Shown here one piece after another: positions 1-8,549 of a stretch of DNA of 64,000 bases; the first letter of the stretch is position 1, and each line of letters starts with the position of its first letter. A program made the position numbers and the translations under genes. The DNA is from Candidatus Nanoarchaeia archaeon (lineage in GTDB: Archaea; Nanobdellota; Nanobdellia; SCGC-AAA011-G17; JAFCDX01): contig JAQUOT010000001.1 of NCBI GenBank assembly GCA_028716945.1, forward strand, positions 402,471-466,470, in the 5' to 3' direction. Under the pieces are notes generated by a model that saw nothing but the letters and a program-made list of their open reading frames with translations, was not told the DNA's origin and ran no database searches.

Positions 1-964
1 AATTGAAAAAAGGGAGAGTATTTAATTCTTTTTCTTCTTCAAAAATATGTACAATTTCTAAATTCATTTGTTCTTCTTTAAAAAGTTCTTTAATCCCTTC
101 TATTGTTTCTCTAAATTCTTTTTCTTCTTTAAAAAATATTTGTATTAAACAATTAGGTTTAGCTAGAGAAAAACTAAGGGTGTTTATATTGGTGGCCCGT
201 TTAACAAACGTCTTTAATTTATTTTTATTTTGTTCGGATAAATTAGGAATGTTCAAAAATATTACTGAAAAAAAGTATCCTAATCTTTTCATATTGAATT
301 GAATCCTGCTTCCCAATATTATTTTTTCTTGTTTTAATTTTTTTAATTTATAAAAAGCTAATTCTGGAGATATTTTTAATTTTGATGCAATTTTTACTAA
401 GGGGGTAGTAGAATCCTTTTCTAAAATTTTTAATATTTCTATTTCTTCTTTCGTAACCTTTAATGATTTATCTCTATTTTCAATTAAAGTAATATTTTCA
501 TTAATATTTTCATTAAAAATTTTTAAAGGGTATAATTCGGCAAAATAAGGTTTTAGTATTAGGTAATCAAAAATAGGATTTTCTTTATCAGAAACTAAAT
601 TAGAAATATAATCTCCTAATTCTTTTTCATCTTTGAAAATAGCATTTATATAAATATCATATTTTCCCAGTAGTTTTCCATACGAAATACAACATTTATT
701 CTTACCTAACTTTTGTAAAAATTTGTCTGATGATGAAGATTTTTCAAATTTTAAAAAGATTAAGGAAAAACAATTATAACCTAAAGAAGAATAATTAAAA
801 ATAGTTGAGAACTTGGTTATTAAGCCTTCAGATATATATCTCTTAAGCCTATAACTTACTTGATCTTTGGTAAGATTAGTTTCTTTAGCGATACGAGAAA
901 TAGACTTATTTGCATTATGGTACATATAAGATAATAAGTTTAGGTCTTTAGTTTTTAATTCCAT
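1..964 (-). CDS. Lrp/AsnC-family transcriptional regulator with two HTH modules (3' end outside the window)
   Basis: Manual translation from ATG 964: MELKTKDLNLLSYMYHNANKSISRIAKETNLTKDQVSYRLKRYISEGLITKF; second HTH ...EIEILKILEKDSTTPLVKIASKLKISPELAFYKLKKL. Missing from the ORF track because it is open at the window edge. Confidence 0.8.
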   Translation of the reverse strand, partial: MELKTKDLNLLSYMYHNANKSISRIAKETNLTKDQVSYRLKRYISEGLITKFSTIFNYSSLGYNCFSLIFLKFEKSSSSDKFLQKLGKNKCCISYGKLLGKYDIYINAIFKDEKELGDYISNLVSDKENPIFDYLILKPYFAELYPLKIFNENINENITLIENRDKSLKVTKEEIEILKILEKDSTTPLVKIASKLKISPELAFYKLKKLKQEKIILGSRIQFNMKRLGYFFSVIFLNIPNLSEQNKNKLKTFVKRATNINTLSFSLAKPNCLIQIFFKEEKEFRETIEGIKELFKEEQMNLEIVHIFEEEKELNTLPFFN

Positions 965-1070
965 ATTATAAGCAATATTCCTGCTTTTTTAAATATATCT
1001 AATATTTTATTTTAATAAAATAGGGAAATTTAGGGCTTAAATTTAAGTAGTTTAATTCATTCTTATATTT

Positions 1071-1331
1071 ATGAAAACTAACTTAAAGGAAGTAACTCCT
1101 ACCCCAATGAGATGTATTATCGGCGGTTGTCCAGCGGTTTTTAAAGATGTTACTCCTAAAACCATGAATTGTGTTATAGGTGGTTGCCCAGTAATTCATT
1201 CTACAGAAAAAAATTATTTTATAATTGGAGAAAAAGTTAATCCTAAAGACTTTGGATTAGACAAAAAAGTTGGAAATAACGAAGTTTTAGTAAAAGTTCC
1301 AAAGAAACTTATTGATGATAAAGAAGAATAA
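1071..1331 (+). CDS. Small Cys-motif protein with duplicated C-x-I-G-G-C-P unit
   Basis: Two 19-aa repeats KEVTPTPMRCIIGGCPAVF / KDVTPKTMNCVIGGCPVIH; divergent from the Lrp gene. Confidence 0.7.
   Translation: MKTNLKEVTPTPMRCIIGGCPAVFKDVTPKTMNCVIGGCPVIHSTEKNYFIIGEKVNPKDFGLDKKVGNNEVLVKVPKKLIDDKEE
1086..1199 (+). repeat. Imperfect 57-nt tandem duplication within the small Cys protein
   Basis: 1086-1142 vs 1143-1199 encode near-identical 19-aa units. Confidence 0.8.
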
Positions 1332-1887
1332 ACCCCCCATTTTAGAAATAATTGATGAGATATTTTTAGTTAAATTTCTTGCTTATTTTAATTATAATCA
1401 GTATATTAATTCTTTTAAGTTAAACGGTAATGAAAAAATTCTTGAGTTGGGTTGTGGTTCAGGAAATATTTCAAGATTTATTATTAAAAAACTATCAAAT
1501 AAAGGGTTTTTGACTTGTGTAGACATATTTGAATATTGGATATCCAAAATTAAAAAAAGATTAGAAAAATATAACAATATAGAATTTAAGTTAGGGGATA
1601 TAAAAAAATTAAATATTAAGGATTCTTTTTATGATATTGTGGTTATACATTATGTTTTGCATGATATAACTGAAAGTGAAAGATTAGACCTCATTAAAAT
1701 AATAAAAAAGAAATTAAAGAAAGGAGGAAAATTTTACATAAGAGAACCAATAAGAAAAAGTCACGGAATTTCTCCTGGAAACATAAAAAGGTTAATGAAG
1801 TTATCTGGACTAAAAGAGGTTTATTCTAAAAACAAATTTTCTTTATTGCTTAGATCTACCTTTGAAGGAATTTTTGTAAATGTTTAA
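1312..1887 (+). CDS. Class I SAM-dependent methyltransferase
   Basis: ILELGCGSG motif I, VDI, YDIVV, LHDI. Confidence 0.85.
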   Translation: MMIKKNKPPILEIIDEIFLVKFLAYFNYNQYINSFKLNGNEKILELGCGSGNISRFIIKKLSNKGFLTCVDIFEYWISKIKKRLEKYNNIEFKLGDIKKLNIKDSFYDIVVIHYVLHDITESERLDLIKIIKKKLKKGGKFYIREPIRKSHGISPGNIKRLMKLSGLKEVYSKNKFSLLLRSTFEGIFVNV

Positions 1888-2112
1888 TTATTTTACTTTT
1901 CCTTCTAAACCTAACCCTTTTTGTAATGCCAAAGCAAATCTAAGAATTTCTTTTTTTTCTGCCATTCTTGCTGGAGCATCTAAGGGTCTTAGCATCATAG
2001 GCATCCTGGAACGTGAAGCATATTTTGTATTATATTCTTCCATACGAGACCTATAATATTCTCTTGCTTTAGGATCAGTTAATTCTGCAGGAATATAAAT
2101 TTCTGACATCAT
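1888..2112 (-). CDS. Hypothetical protein
   Basis: 74-aa ORF whose start overlaps the glyS stop (ATGA). Confidence 0.6.
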   Translation of the reverse strand: MMSEIYIPAELTDPKAREYYRSRMEEYNTKYASRSRMPMMLRPLDAPARMAEKKEILRFALALQKGLGLEGKVK

Positions 2113-3566
2113 TTCACCCTAGTACTAACTAATTTTCCTGCTTTCTCAAATTTAATTTCAGAATTAATTAATTTCTTTAAAGTTTCTTTTAAATCTTTTA
2201 TTTTTACTCTGATTTGTTTTGTAGAATCTCTATCTCTAATTGTAATATCTTTTTTTGAAGGAGATTTTTCATCTATAGTAATACAATAAGGTGTTCCAGC
2301 TTCATCATTTCTTGCATATCTTTTACCAATAGAACCAGACTCATCGTAAACAACATTAAATTCTTTTTTCAAATCTTTTACAATTTCTAAAGATAATTTT
2401 TCATATTTTTTATCTTTTATTATTGGAAATACTGCTGCTTTTATTGGAGCTAATTTTGCAGGTAATTTTAAAACAACATTTTCTCTTTTTTTATCATAAT
2501 TATATGCTTTTGTTAATATTGCTAAGAAAACTCTTTCCATACCAAATGTAGGTTCAATAACTTTAGGAATTATTTTATTTTTATATTTTTCATCAAATAT
2601 CTCCATTTTTTCTCCACTATTTTTCATATGTTGGGTTAAATCAAATTGACCTCTATTAGCATTACCTGCAATTTCTTGACTTCCTATTGAAAACTCATAA
2701 TCAATATCAAAAGTAGCGCTTGAATAATGGCTTAATGCTTCTTTTGTATGTTCTCTAACTTTGATTTCTTCTAATCCTATAGACTTAAAGAATAAAATCT
2801 GTTCTGCTAACCAGTAAGCATGCCACTCTTCTAATTTTTTCTCTTGTAGCATTTTTCCAATTGTAATTTGTTTAAGAGTATCTTTTTTAGCAGTTTGTGT
2901 TCCTGCGTCTAAAATTTTTAATTTCAAATTTAAATGATTTTTAGTAAGTAAATCACATTTTTTCTCTTCTGGATTTATAAAGAATTCAAATTCTCCAATA
3001 TGGAATTCTCTGCTTCTGAATAAAAAATCTCTTGGAGCTATTTCATTTCTTAAACATCTTCCAATCTGTGCAATACCAAAAGGTAACTGCATTCTAGAAG
3101 TTTGCTGAATTAATTTAAAATCTGTAAACATTCCTTGAGCAGTTTCACCACGTAAATAAACCTCTGTAGGATTTAAAGCACCAACACTTGTCTTGAACAT
3201 TAAATTAAATTCTCCTTTTACTTCATAGTCTCCACCACAAGGACATTTTACTTTTCCAACTTCACTTTTATCAATTTTTCTAGAAAGTTTACATTTTTTG
3301 CAAATTACTGCTACATCTGAAAAGTTTTCAATATGACCAGAAGCTTTCCATATTTTAGGATGGGAAATAATAGAAGCTTCCATCCCAACAATATTATCTT
3401 TTTGATAAACAAAATAATTCCACCATTCTCTTTTGATATTATTAAATAATTCTACTCCTAAAGGCCCAAAATCCCAGAATCCAGCCAATCCTCCATATAT
3501 TTCAGAAGAAGGATAAACAAACCCCTTTTTCTTACAGAATGTAGCTAATTCCTCTATTGTAATCAT
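2109..3566 (-). CDS. glyS: Glycine--tRNA ligase (alpha2 type)
   Basis: IYGGLAGFWDFGPLG, YLRGETAQG, RNEIAPR, VIEPTFGMER, SIGKRYAR. Confidence 0.96.
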   Translation of the reverse strand: MITIEELATFCKKKGFVYPSSEIYGGLAGFWDFGPLGVELFNNIKREWWNYFVYQKDNIVGMEASIISHPKIWKASGHIENFSDVAVICKKCKLSRKIDKSEVGKVKCPCGGDYEVKGEFNLMFKTSVGALNPTEVYLRGETAQGMFTDFKLIQQTSRMQLPFGIAQIGRCLRNEIAPRDFLFRSREFHIGEFEFFINPEEKKCDLLTKNHLNLKLKILDAGTQTAKKDTLKQITIGKMLQEKKLEEWHAYWLAEQILFFKSIGLEEIKVREHTKEALSHYSSATFDIDYEFSIGSQEIAGNANRGQFDLTQHMKNSGEKMEIFDEKYKNKIIPKVIEPTFGMERVFLAILTKAYNYDKKRENVVLKLPAKLAPIKAAVFPIIKDKKYEKLSLEIVKDLKKEFNVVYDESGSIGKRYARNDEAGTPYCITIDEKSPSKKDITIRDRDSTKQIRVKIKDLKETLKKLINSEIKFEKAGKLVSTRVK

Positions 3567-4165
3567 AATTTAGGTAAATCTTCTAGATTTATAATGTTTT
3601 TGCCTTCAATTCTAGGGCAGGCAGTGTTAATCCAGATGTCTATTTTCCTAAAATTCTCTAATTCCAGTTCATTTAAGGTATTAAACATAAAAATATATGA
3701 ATTTTTTAGTTTATTTTTTAATTCCAATGCTTTTTTTAAATTATATTGTCCTGGCTTAACAGAAACTAAAATTCCATAAGAATTTGCAGAATAAAACTTG
3801 TTTAATTTTCCTTTTAATTTTTTTTCATAATCAAGAATTTCATTTCTATCTAATTTAGAAAATTCATTTGTATTTGGATTAGCAATGTAAACTGGTTTTT
3901 TTGTTTTTAGAGCAACCCAGATAGGATGGAATTTTCCAGAGCCAATATATAAATAAGAATCAACTTTTTTTTGTATTTTAATTGCATTGTCTGCTTTACA
4001 ACCAAGAACTTGTCCAGCAAATATATAATTTTTATTTTTAATTTGTTTAACTTGATCAAGAAATTGTATTGTAGTAATTAAACCAACTTTTCCAGGGATA
4101 TTTACTTTCTTTAATACTTCACTAATATCTTGTTTTGATTTTGCTTCAATAAATAATGTTTTCAT
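3563..4165 (-). CDS. dph2: Diphthamide biosynthesis protein Dph2 (short, N-terminally reduced form)
   Basis: GQVLGC, GSGKFH, KPGQ, NTACPRI motifs. Confidence 0.85.
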   Translation of the reverse strand: MKTLFIEAKSKQDISEVLKKVNIPGKVGLITTIQFLDQVKQIKNKNYIFAGQVLGCKADNAIKIQKKVDSYLYIGSGKFHPIWVALKTKKPVYIANPNTNEFSKLDRNEILDYEKKLKGKLNKFYSANSYGILVSVKPGQYNLKKALELKNKLKNSYIFMFNTLNELELENFRKIDIWINTACPRIEGKNIINLEDLPKL

Positions 4166-4686
4166 TTAACTTTTAGTTTCTCAACTTTTGCTTTATCAGA
4201 TAATATAGCAGAATTTCCAGAAGGATCTTCTATAACAATTTTTAAAGGAATATCTCCACATTTTATTTTCCATATTTTTTTAAGTAAGTTTTTTGCTTTT
4301 GTCTTATCTTCATCTTCTTCTGCAGTTTCTTTTTGAGCTTTTAAAACTTCTTCGAATTTAGTAATTAATCCTTCTATATTAGAAATAAATCCAATTGAAG
4401 CCGGACCAGGAGTCATATCCATCCTTAATTCGACTAATTTTACAGAAGCACTACTAGATTTTACAACTTTAACATTTAGATCTTTTACGTTTTCAACAGT
4501 AAAAGTAATTTTTACAGGTTCTTTAACATCTACTGCTTCTACATCAGATACCTTATAATTACAATTAGAACAAACCATAGAAAATAAATATACTTTTCCA
4601 AAATGAGGAACTTCTTTTTCTTCTTCTGCCAATGTCAAATTTTTAGTTTTACACAAAGGACATTCTTGTTTTTTTAATTCTTCCAT
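4162..4686 (-). CDS. ZPR1-type zinc finger protein
   Basis: CPLC...CSNC, EVPHFG, NIEG, IEDPSGNS. Confidence 0.92.
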   Translation of the reverse strand: MEELKKQECPLCKTKNLTLAEEEKEVPHFGKVYLFSMVCSNCNYKVSDVEAVDVKEPVKITFTVENVKDLNVKVVKSSSASVKLVELRMDMTPGPASIGFISNIEGLITKFEEVLKAQKETAEEDEDKTKAKNLLKKIWKIKCGDIPLKIVIEDPSGNSAILSDKAKVEKLKVK

Positions 4687-4763
4687 AATATTTTTTAGAA
4701 TTTGGTATTTATAAAATTTATCTAACTACTAAATATATGTATCAATTCAATATAATCAAGAAT

Positions 4764-5180
4764 TTAGTATGGATCTAGTTGTGGTTTTGGAGCTGCACCT
4801 ACATCTTCTGCAGGTTCTGCTGCTCTGTATACTTTAGCAAAGTTAGGAGTTGCTACAATCCAATCTTCTCCAAATCCCGCAATATCTCCTTCAATAGCAT
4901 CACAGGTTTTCTTAAGTTTACTAACAGCTCTCTTTAATTCAACTAAATCTTTATCTTTTAATGTTCTAATATTAACTAAAGCAACAGTATAACCTTCTCT
5001 TAAAGTGTCTAATACTGGCTTAATATCTGGAAAATCTTCAATGAAAAATGGTCTTATAACTATTTTTGATTTTGAAGAAGGTTGTTTTGCTGCATCAATT
5101 TCTACATAGTCTCCAAATTCATATGGGACATCAGAACTACTTCCGAATCTCTCTTTTATCTTTGAAAATATACTTGCCAT
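4764..5180 (-). CDS. sepF: Cell division protein SepF
   Basis: LREGYTVALVNI...ELKRAVSKLK...GDIAG...IVATP; archaeal SepF pattern and ZPR1 neighbourhood. Confidence 0.88.
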   Translation of the reverse strand: MASIFSKIKERFGSSSDVPYEFGDYVEIDAAKQPSSKSKIVIRPFFIEDFPDIKPVLDTLREGYTVALVNIRTLKDKDLVELKRAVSKLKKTCDAIEGDIAGFGEDWIVATPNFAKVYRAAEPAEDVGAAPKPQLDPY

Positions 5181-5231
5181 TTTTCTCCTACTGAATTGTT
5201 ACAATATCAAATATATAAATATTTCTAAAAG

Positions 5232-5507
5232 TTATTTATTACTGCTCTCAAGTAAACTAACCACATTCCAAATCTGCATTTTAGCATAACTTGGTAAATT
5301 AGGGTCTTCTACTACCCCATCTAATTCTTGAATAGCCTTATCTATCTTCATATTTATATTAGGATTTTTACAATCATTCATAGAACAAACAATTTCTTGA
5401 AGCTTTATTTTTATACTTTTAGGTAATGTATCCTCTTTTTCAATTTGATTTAACAAAGAAACTATATTTTCAATTTTTTCTCTGTCGTTTGTAGTTGTTT
5501 TTGTCAT
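5232..5507 (-). CDS. UPF0147 family protein
   Basis: DPNLPSYAKMQIWNVVSLLES. Confidence 0.85.
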   Translation of the reverse strand: MTKTTTNDREKIENIVSLLNQIEKEDTLPKSIKIKLQEIVCSMNDCKNPNINMKIDKAIQELDGVVEDPNLPSYAKMQIWNVVSLLESSNK

Positions 5508-5836
5508 TTTTTATTTAACTTTTTCATGATTTCTTGCTGTGCTTCTTTAGATTTTTCTTTAATACTAACTTCTTGTTTTTCTATATTCTTTAATCTTATT
5601 TCAAGAACATTCTTTTTTTCTTTCAAATCTTTTTCTAGATCTTCTTTTTTAACATTAATCATTATATTCCCTATGATTTTATAAGGAGAATCTTTAGTTT
5701 TTTTAATTTCGTCTAGAGCATTATCAATTTCTGTCAAAGCTGCTTGAAATCTTTGTTTTTGTATTGCAAAATTTTGCATATTTTGCTCCATCATCTGCAA
5801 TTCCATTATCTTCTTTTCAGTATCTGAATTTTCCAT
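5504..5836 (-). CDS. pfdB: Prefoldin beta subunit
   Basis: Coiled coil with YKIIGNIMI hairpin; downstream of rpoP. Confidence 0.9.
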   Translation of the reverse strand: MENSDTEKKIMELQMMEQNMQNFAIQKQRFQAALTEIDNALDEIKKTKDSPYKIIGNIMINVKKEDLEKDLKEKKNVLEIRLKNIEKQEVSIKEKSKEAQQEIMKKLNKK

Positions 5837-5874
5837 TTTATAATTAATTTAAAATTACTTCCCTCCCGTAAAAT

Positions 5875-6012
5875 TTAAATTGCTTTAACCTTCGAACTTA
5901 TTGTTCTTGGTTTATATAAAATTTTGCTATCACAATAAGGACATCTTATTTTCCTTTTTGCGTATTCCTCTTTTACTTGTTTTCCACATTTGAAACATTT
6001 ATAGATTGCCAT
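5875..6012 (-). CDS. rpoP: RNA polymerase subunit P (Rpo12)
   Basis: Manual translation MAIYKCFKCGKQVKEEYAKRKIRCPYCDSKILYKPRTISSKVKAI; follows rpl37ae; not in ORF track. Confidence 0.92.
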   Translation of the reverse strand: MAIYKCFKCGKQVKEEYAKRKIRCPYCDSKILYKPRTISSKVKAI

Positions 6013-6014
6013 TT

Positions 6015-6233
6015 TTATTCAATTGTATAAGCTTTTCCTGTGAATTTTTTTAAACATTTTTTGCAATGCCAAATACCCACTGCAATTCTTTTTACTCTTC
6101 CATGTTTTCCGCAGTAAGGACAAGTTTTTTTTGCTTTTTGTCTAACTTCAACATCTAAAACTCTTTGCTTGATTCCTCTACCATACCTAGCACCAAAACG
6201 GCCAGTTGAACCAACTTTCTTTGTCTTTACCAC
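6015..6233 (-). CDS. rpl37ae: 50S ribosomal protein L37Ae
   Basis: GRFGARYG, CPYC, GIWHCKKC. Confidence 0.96.
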   Translation of the reverse strand: MVKTKKVGSTGRFGARYGRGIKQRVLDVEVRQKAKKTCPYCGKHGRVKRIAVGIWHCKKCLKKFTGKAYTIE

Positions 6234-6272
6234 TTTCTAACTAAAAATAGGTTATTTATAAATTTTTGTAAA

Positions 6273-6372
6273 TGGGGCTACCCGGATTTGAACCGGGGTC
6301 GCGAGGTCCCAAACCTCGAATCATAATTGCTCTTGGTTTTATGATTACCAATCCAAGCTGGACCATAGCCCC
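6273..6372 (-). tRNA. tRNA-Pro(UGG) with a 26-nt non-canonical D-loop intron (6327-6352, position 19/20)
   Basis: Acceptor GGGGCTA/TAGCCCC, anticodon arm CGAGG-TT-TGG-GA-CCTCG, T arm CCCGG-TTCAAAT-CCGGG; BHB with GCTT/GAGC helix, GGA and AAT bulges, TTGGT/ACCAA outer stem. Confidence 0.93.
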
Positions 6373-6425
6373 ATGAGAAAACTTCTTTATTCTAAATATT
6401 TAAAGATTGCTCTTTATAGAATTCT

Positions 6426-6656
6426 TTATTTCTTTGCAATTTTCCACATATCCTCAAAAAAGACCTTATATGCTTTTGATACATGTTTAGATTCTATAAC
6501 AAAAGCAGAGGGTATCTCACCCCATATTAAAGTAGCTACTTTATTACCAAATACTATAACCCCTGTAGGCATCTTGTAAGGGAGATATTTTATTGATATA
6601 TTCTTATCCTCCTTAGTTATAACTTTTAAAAATGGCTTTTGAGAAATATGTCCCAA
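6426..6656 (-). pseudogene. C-terminal fragment of a TrmB-like regulator (effector domain only)
   Basis: IKYLP...VIVFGNKVATLIW...AFVIES..V...YK.FFEDMWKIAKK; no HTH; the frame abuts the rpl11 stop. Confidence 0.6.
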
Positions 6657-6661
6657 TAATT

Positions 6662-7360
6662 TTATTTTTTAGCTTTAGCTTCTTTTTTAGGCTCTTCTTT
6701 TTTAGCAGGCGCTGCTGCTGGAGCTGCTGCACCAGGTGCTGCTCCTTCTGCTCCTGGAGCTGCTAAACCAGGTTCTTTCTTAGCTTTAGCTTTTAATGAT
6801 TCAACTTCTGATTTGAATTTAGCTTGAATTTCTTCTAGACCTTTTTTTAATATTTCTTTTTTCTCAGAATCAACATCGGTTTTATTATTTTTTATTAAAT
6901 TATCAAAGTCTCCTTTTTTTACTTTTTTAATAATATTTTTTGCATTTTCATTTTCTACCATTACACCCATTTGATTACATGTTCCAAGAATACTATTTAT
7001 TACTGCTTTTATATCTTTATTTAATACAGAATCTTTTTTTATGTTTGAAATTTTAATTACTTGTTCCATTGCTAAATTTCCAATATATTCTTTGCTTGGG
7101 AAACTTGCTCCTTTTTCTGCAGAAGCTTCTTTTTTAATTAATTCTGAAGTTGGTGGTGTTCCAACAGTAATATCATAAGTTTTATCTTTATGAAGTAAAA
7201 TTTCAACAGGAACTTGCATCCCTTTCATATCTGCCGTTTTTTCATTTAATTTTTTTAGAACTTCTTGAATATTAACTCCCTTAGGTCCAAGTGCTTGTGC
7301 CATTGTTGCATTAGCACTAACTTTTCCACCTTCAACCATTAATTTAATTTTATCTGCCAT
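6662..7360 (-). CDS. rpl11: 50S ribosomal protein L11 with long C-terminal extension
   Basis: MVEGGK, LGPKGVN, GMQVPV, VGTPPTSELIKKE, GTC..MGV. Confidence 0.93.
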   Translation of the reverse strand: MADKIKLMVEGGKVSANATMAQALGPKGVNIQEVLKKLNEKTADMKGMQVPVEILLHKDKTYDITVGTPPTSELIKKEASAEKGASFPSKEYIGNLAMEQVIKISNIKKDSVLNKDIKAVINSILGTCNQMGVMVENENAKNIIKKVKKGDFDNLIKNNKTDVDSEKKEILKKGLEEIQAKFKSEVESLKAKAKKEPGLAAPGAEGAAPGAAAPAAAPAKKEEPKKEAKAKK

Positions 7361-7362
7361 TT

Positions 7363-7830
7363 TTAGTCTTCTTTAGGTTCTTCTGGTTCGCCTTCTCTCC
7401 TTATAACTTTAACGGCATCTAATTTTACTGTAATTGGAATAGGAACTGTTGCTTCTAATAATTCAACAACAACTTCTTCTTTTACTTCATCAATCTTTTT
7501 TACCTTAGCTTTTTCTCTTTTGAAAGGTCCTGCAATTATTTCAACAATATCATTTTTTTCAATATTAACTTGTACTTTAATTTGTTCTAGAACATTTTCT
7601 ATTTCTGAATAATTTGTAGGTTTTGGTAAAACTCCTTTAGCATATGGAACACCTGTGAAAGCTTCTTCAGCGTCTTGTTTTGTTGCTGCTTCAATTATAA
7701 TATATCCTCTCCAGCCATGAGGTCTTACAACCGCATATACATCTAGATTCTTTTTTTCTATATTAGATTCTACAAAATCCATTACTTGATCTTCCCTGTT
7801 TGCTGTTGTTTTTAAAATATATATTACCAT
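7363..7830 (-). CDS. spt5: Transcription elongation factor Spt5 (NusG)
   Basis: NGN domain plus KOW DIVEIIAGPFKREKAKV. Confidence 0.95.
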   Translation of the reverse strand: MVIYILKTTANREDQVMDFVESNIEKKNLDVYAVVRPHGWRGYIIIEAATKQDAEEAFTGVPYAKGVLPKPTNYSEIENVLEQIKVQVNIEKNDIVEIIAGPFKREKAKVKKIDEVKEEVVVELLEATVPIPITVKLDAVKVIRREGEPEEPKED

Positions 7831-7831
7831 T

Positions 7832-8017
7832 TTATTGTATAAATTGCCATATCATTGAGATTATAAAACCTATTAATCCTATTATTAATATTCCTATTCC
7901 TGTAACTTTTACAATACTCATATATTCTACTCTTCCTGGTTTTTTAGTTACTGTCCAAACCCTTTTACATTCAAGTATAAAGGTTTTTAGTTTAACAAGT
8001 AGGTCTTTAATATTCAT
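7832..8017 (-). CDS. secE: Protein translocase subunit SecE/Sec61 gamma
   Basis: ECKRVWTVTKKP..EY plus one TM helix. Confidence 0.93.
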   Translation of the reverse strand: MNIKDLLVKLKTFILECKRVWTVTKKPGRVEYMSIVKVTGIGILIIGLIGFIISMIWQFIQ

Positions 8018-8072
8018 AGAAAATAAGGCAATTTAAGTATTTAAAAAGATTTTGTTTATTAGCTTATTCTTT

Positions 8073-8549
8073 TTAAAGGGCACCCATAATTTTGTCTATT
8101 AAACTAGGTCGTCCTTCTAAAAATTTCTGTATTCTTTTCTCATTAGGTAATATTTTTGCTAATCCAAAGTTTCCTTTCATAATATCTCCTACCTTACAAG
8201 TAGCATTCCATCCCCAATGACTTCCTTTAACAAAACCAGTTCCTTCCCACAATCTTTTTTTTCGATTAAATTTAAACTCATAACAAACACTGATTTTTTC
8301 TTTAATATATACTTTTTCAAAGTCTAATAAAGAGGTTACGTAGACTCCACGCATATATAAAGGTTTTACATAATTTCCATAAATATATGAAGAAGCATAT
8401 GTTGTCTCATCCCTCATCAAACCTAAAAATTTATTTGGAGAATTAATATCAAAGCCTTGTATAAATAACCCTTTAAATTTTTCTGTTTTAAGGTCTGCAT
8501 CGAAATTATGTTTCCAATATTCCCCAGTTATAATTTTAATTTCTTCCAT
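8073..8549 (-). CDS. Hypothetical protein
   Basis: 158-aa ORF directly after the ftsZ stop. Confidence 0.65.
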   Translation of the reverse strand: MEEIKIITGEYWKHNFDADLKTEKFKGLFIQGFDINSPNKFLGLMRDETTYASSYIYGNYVKPLYMRGVYVTSLLDFEKVYIKEKISVCYEFKFNRKKRLWEGTGFVKGSHWGWNATCKVGDIMKGNFGLAKILPNEKRIQKFLEGRPSLIDKIMGAL

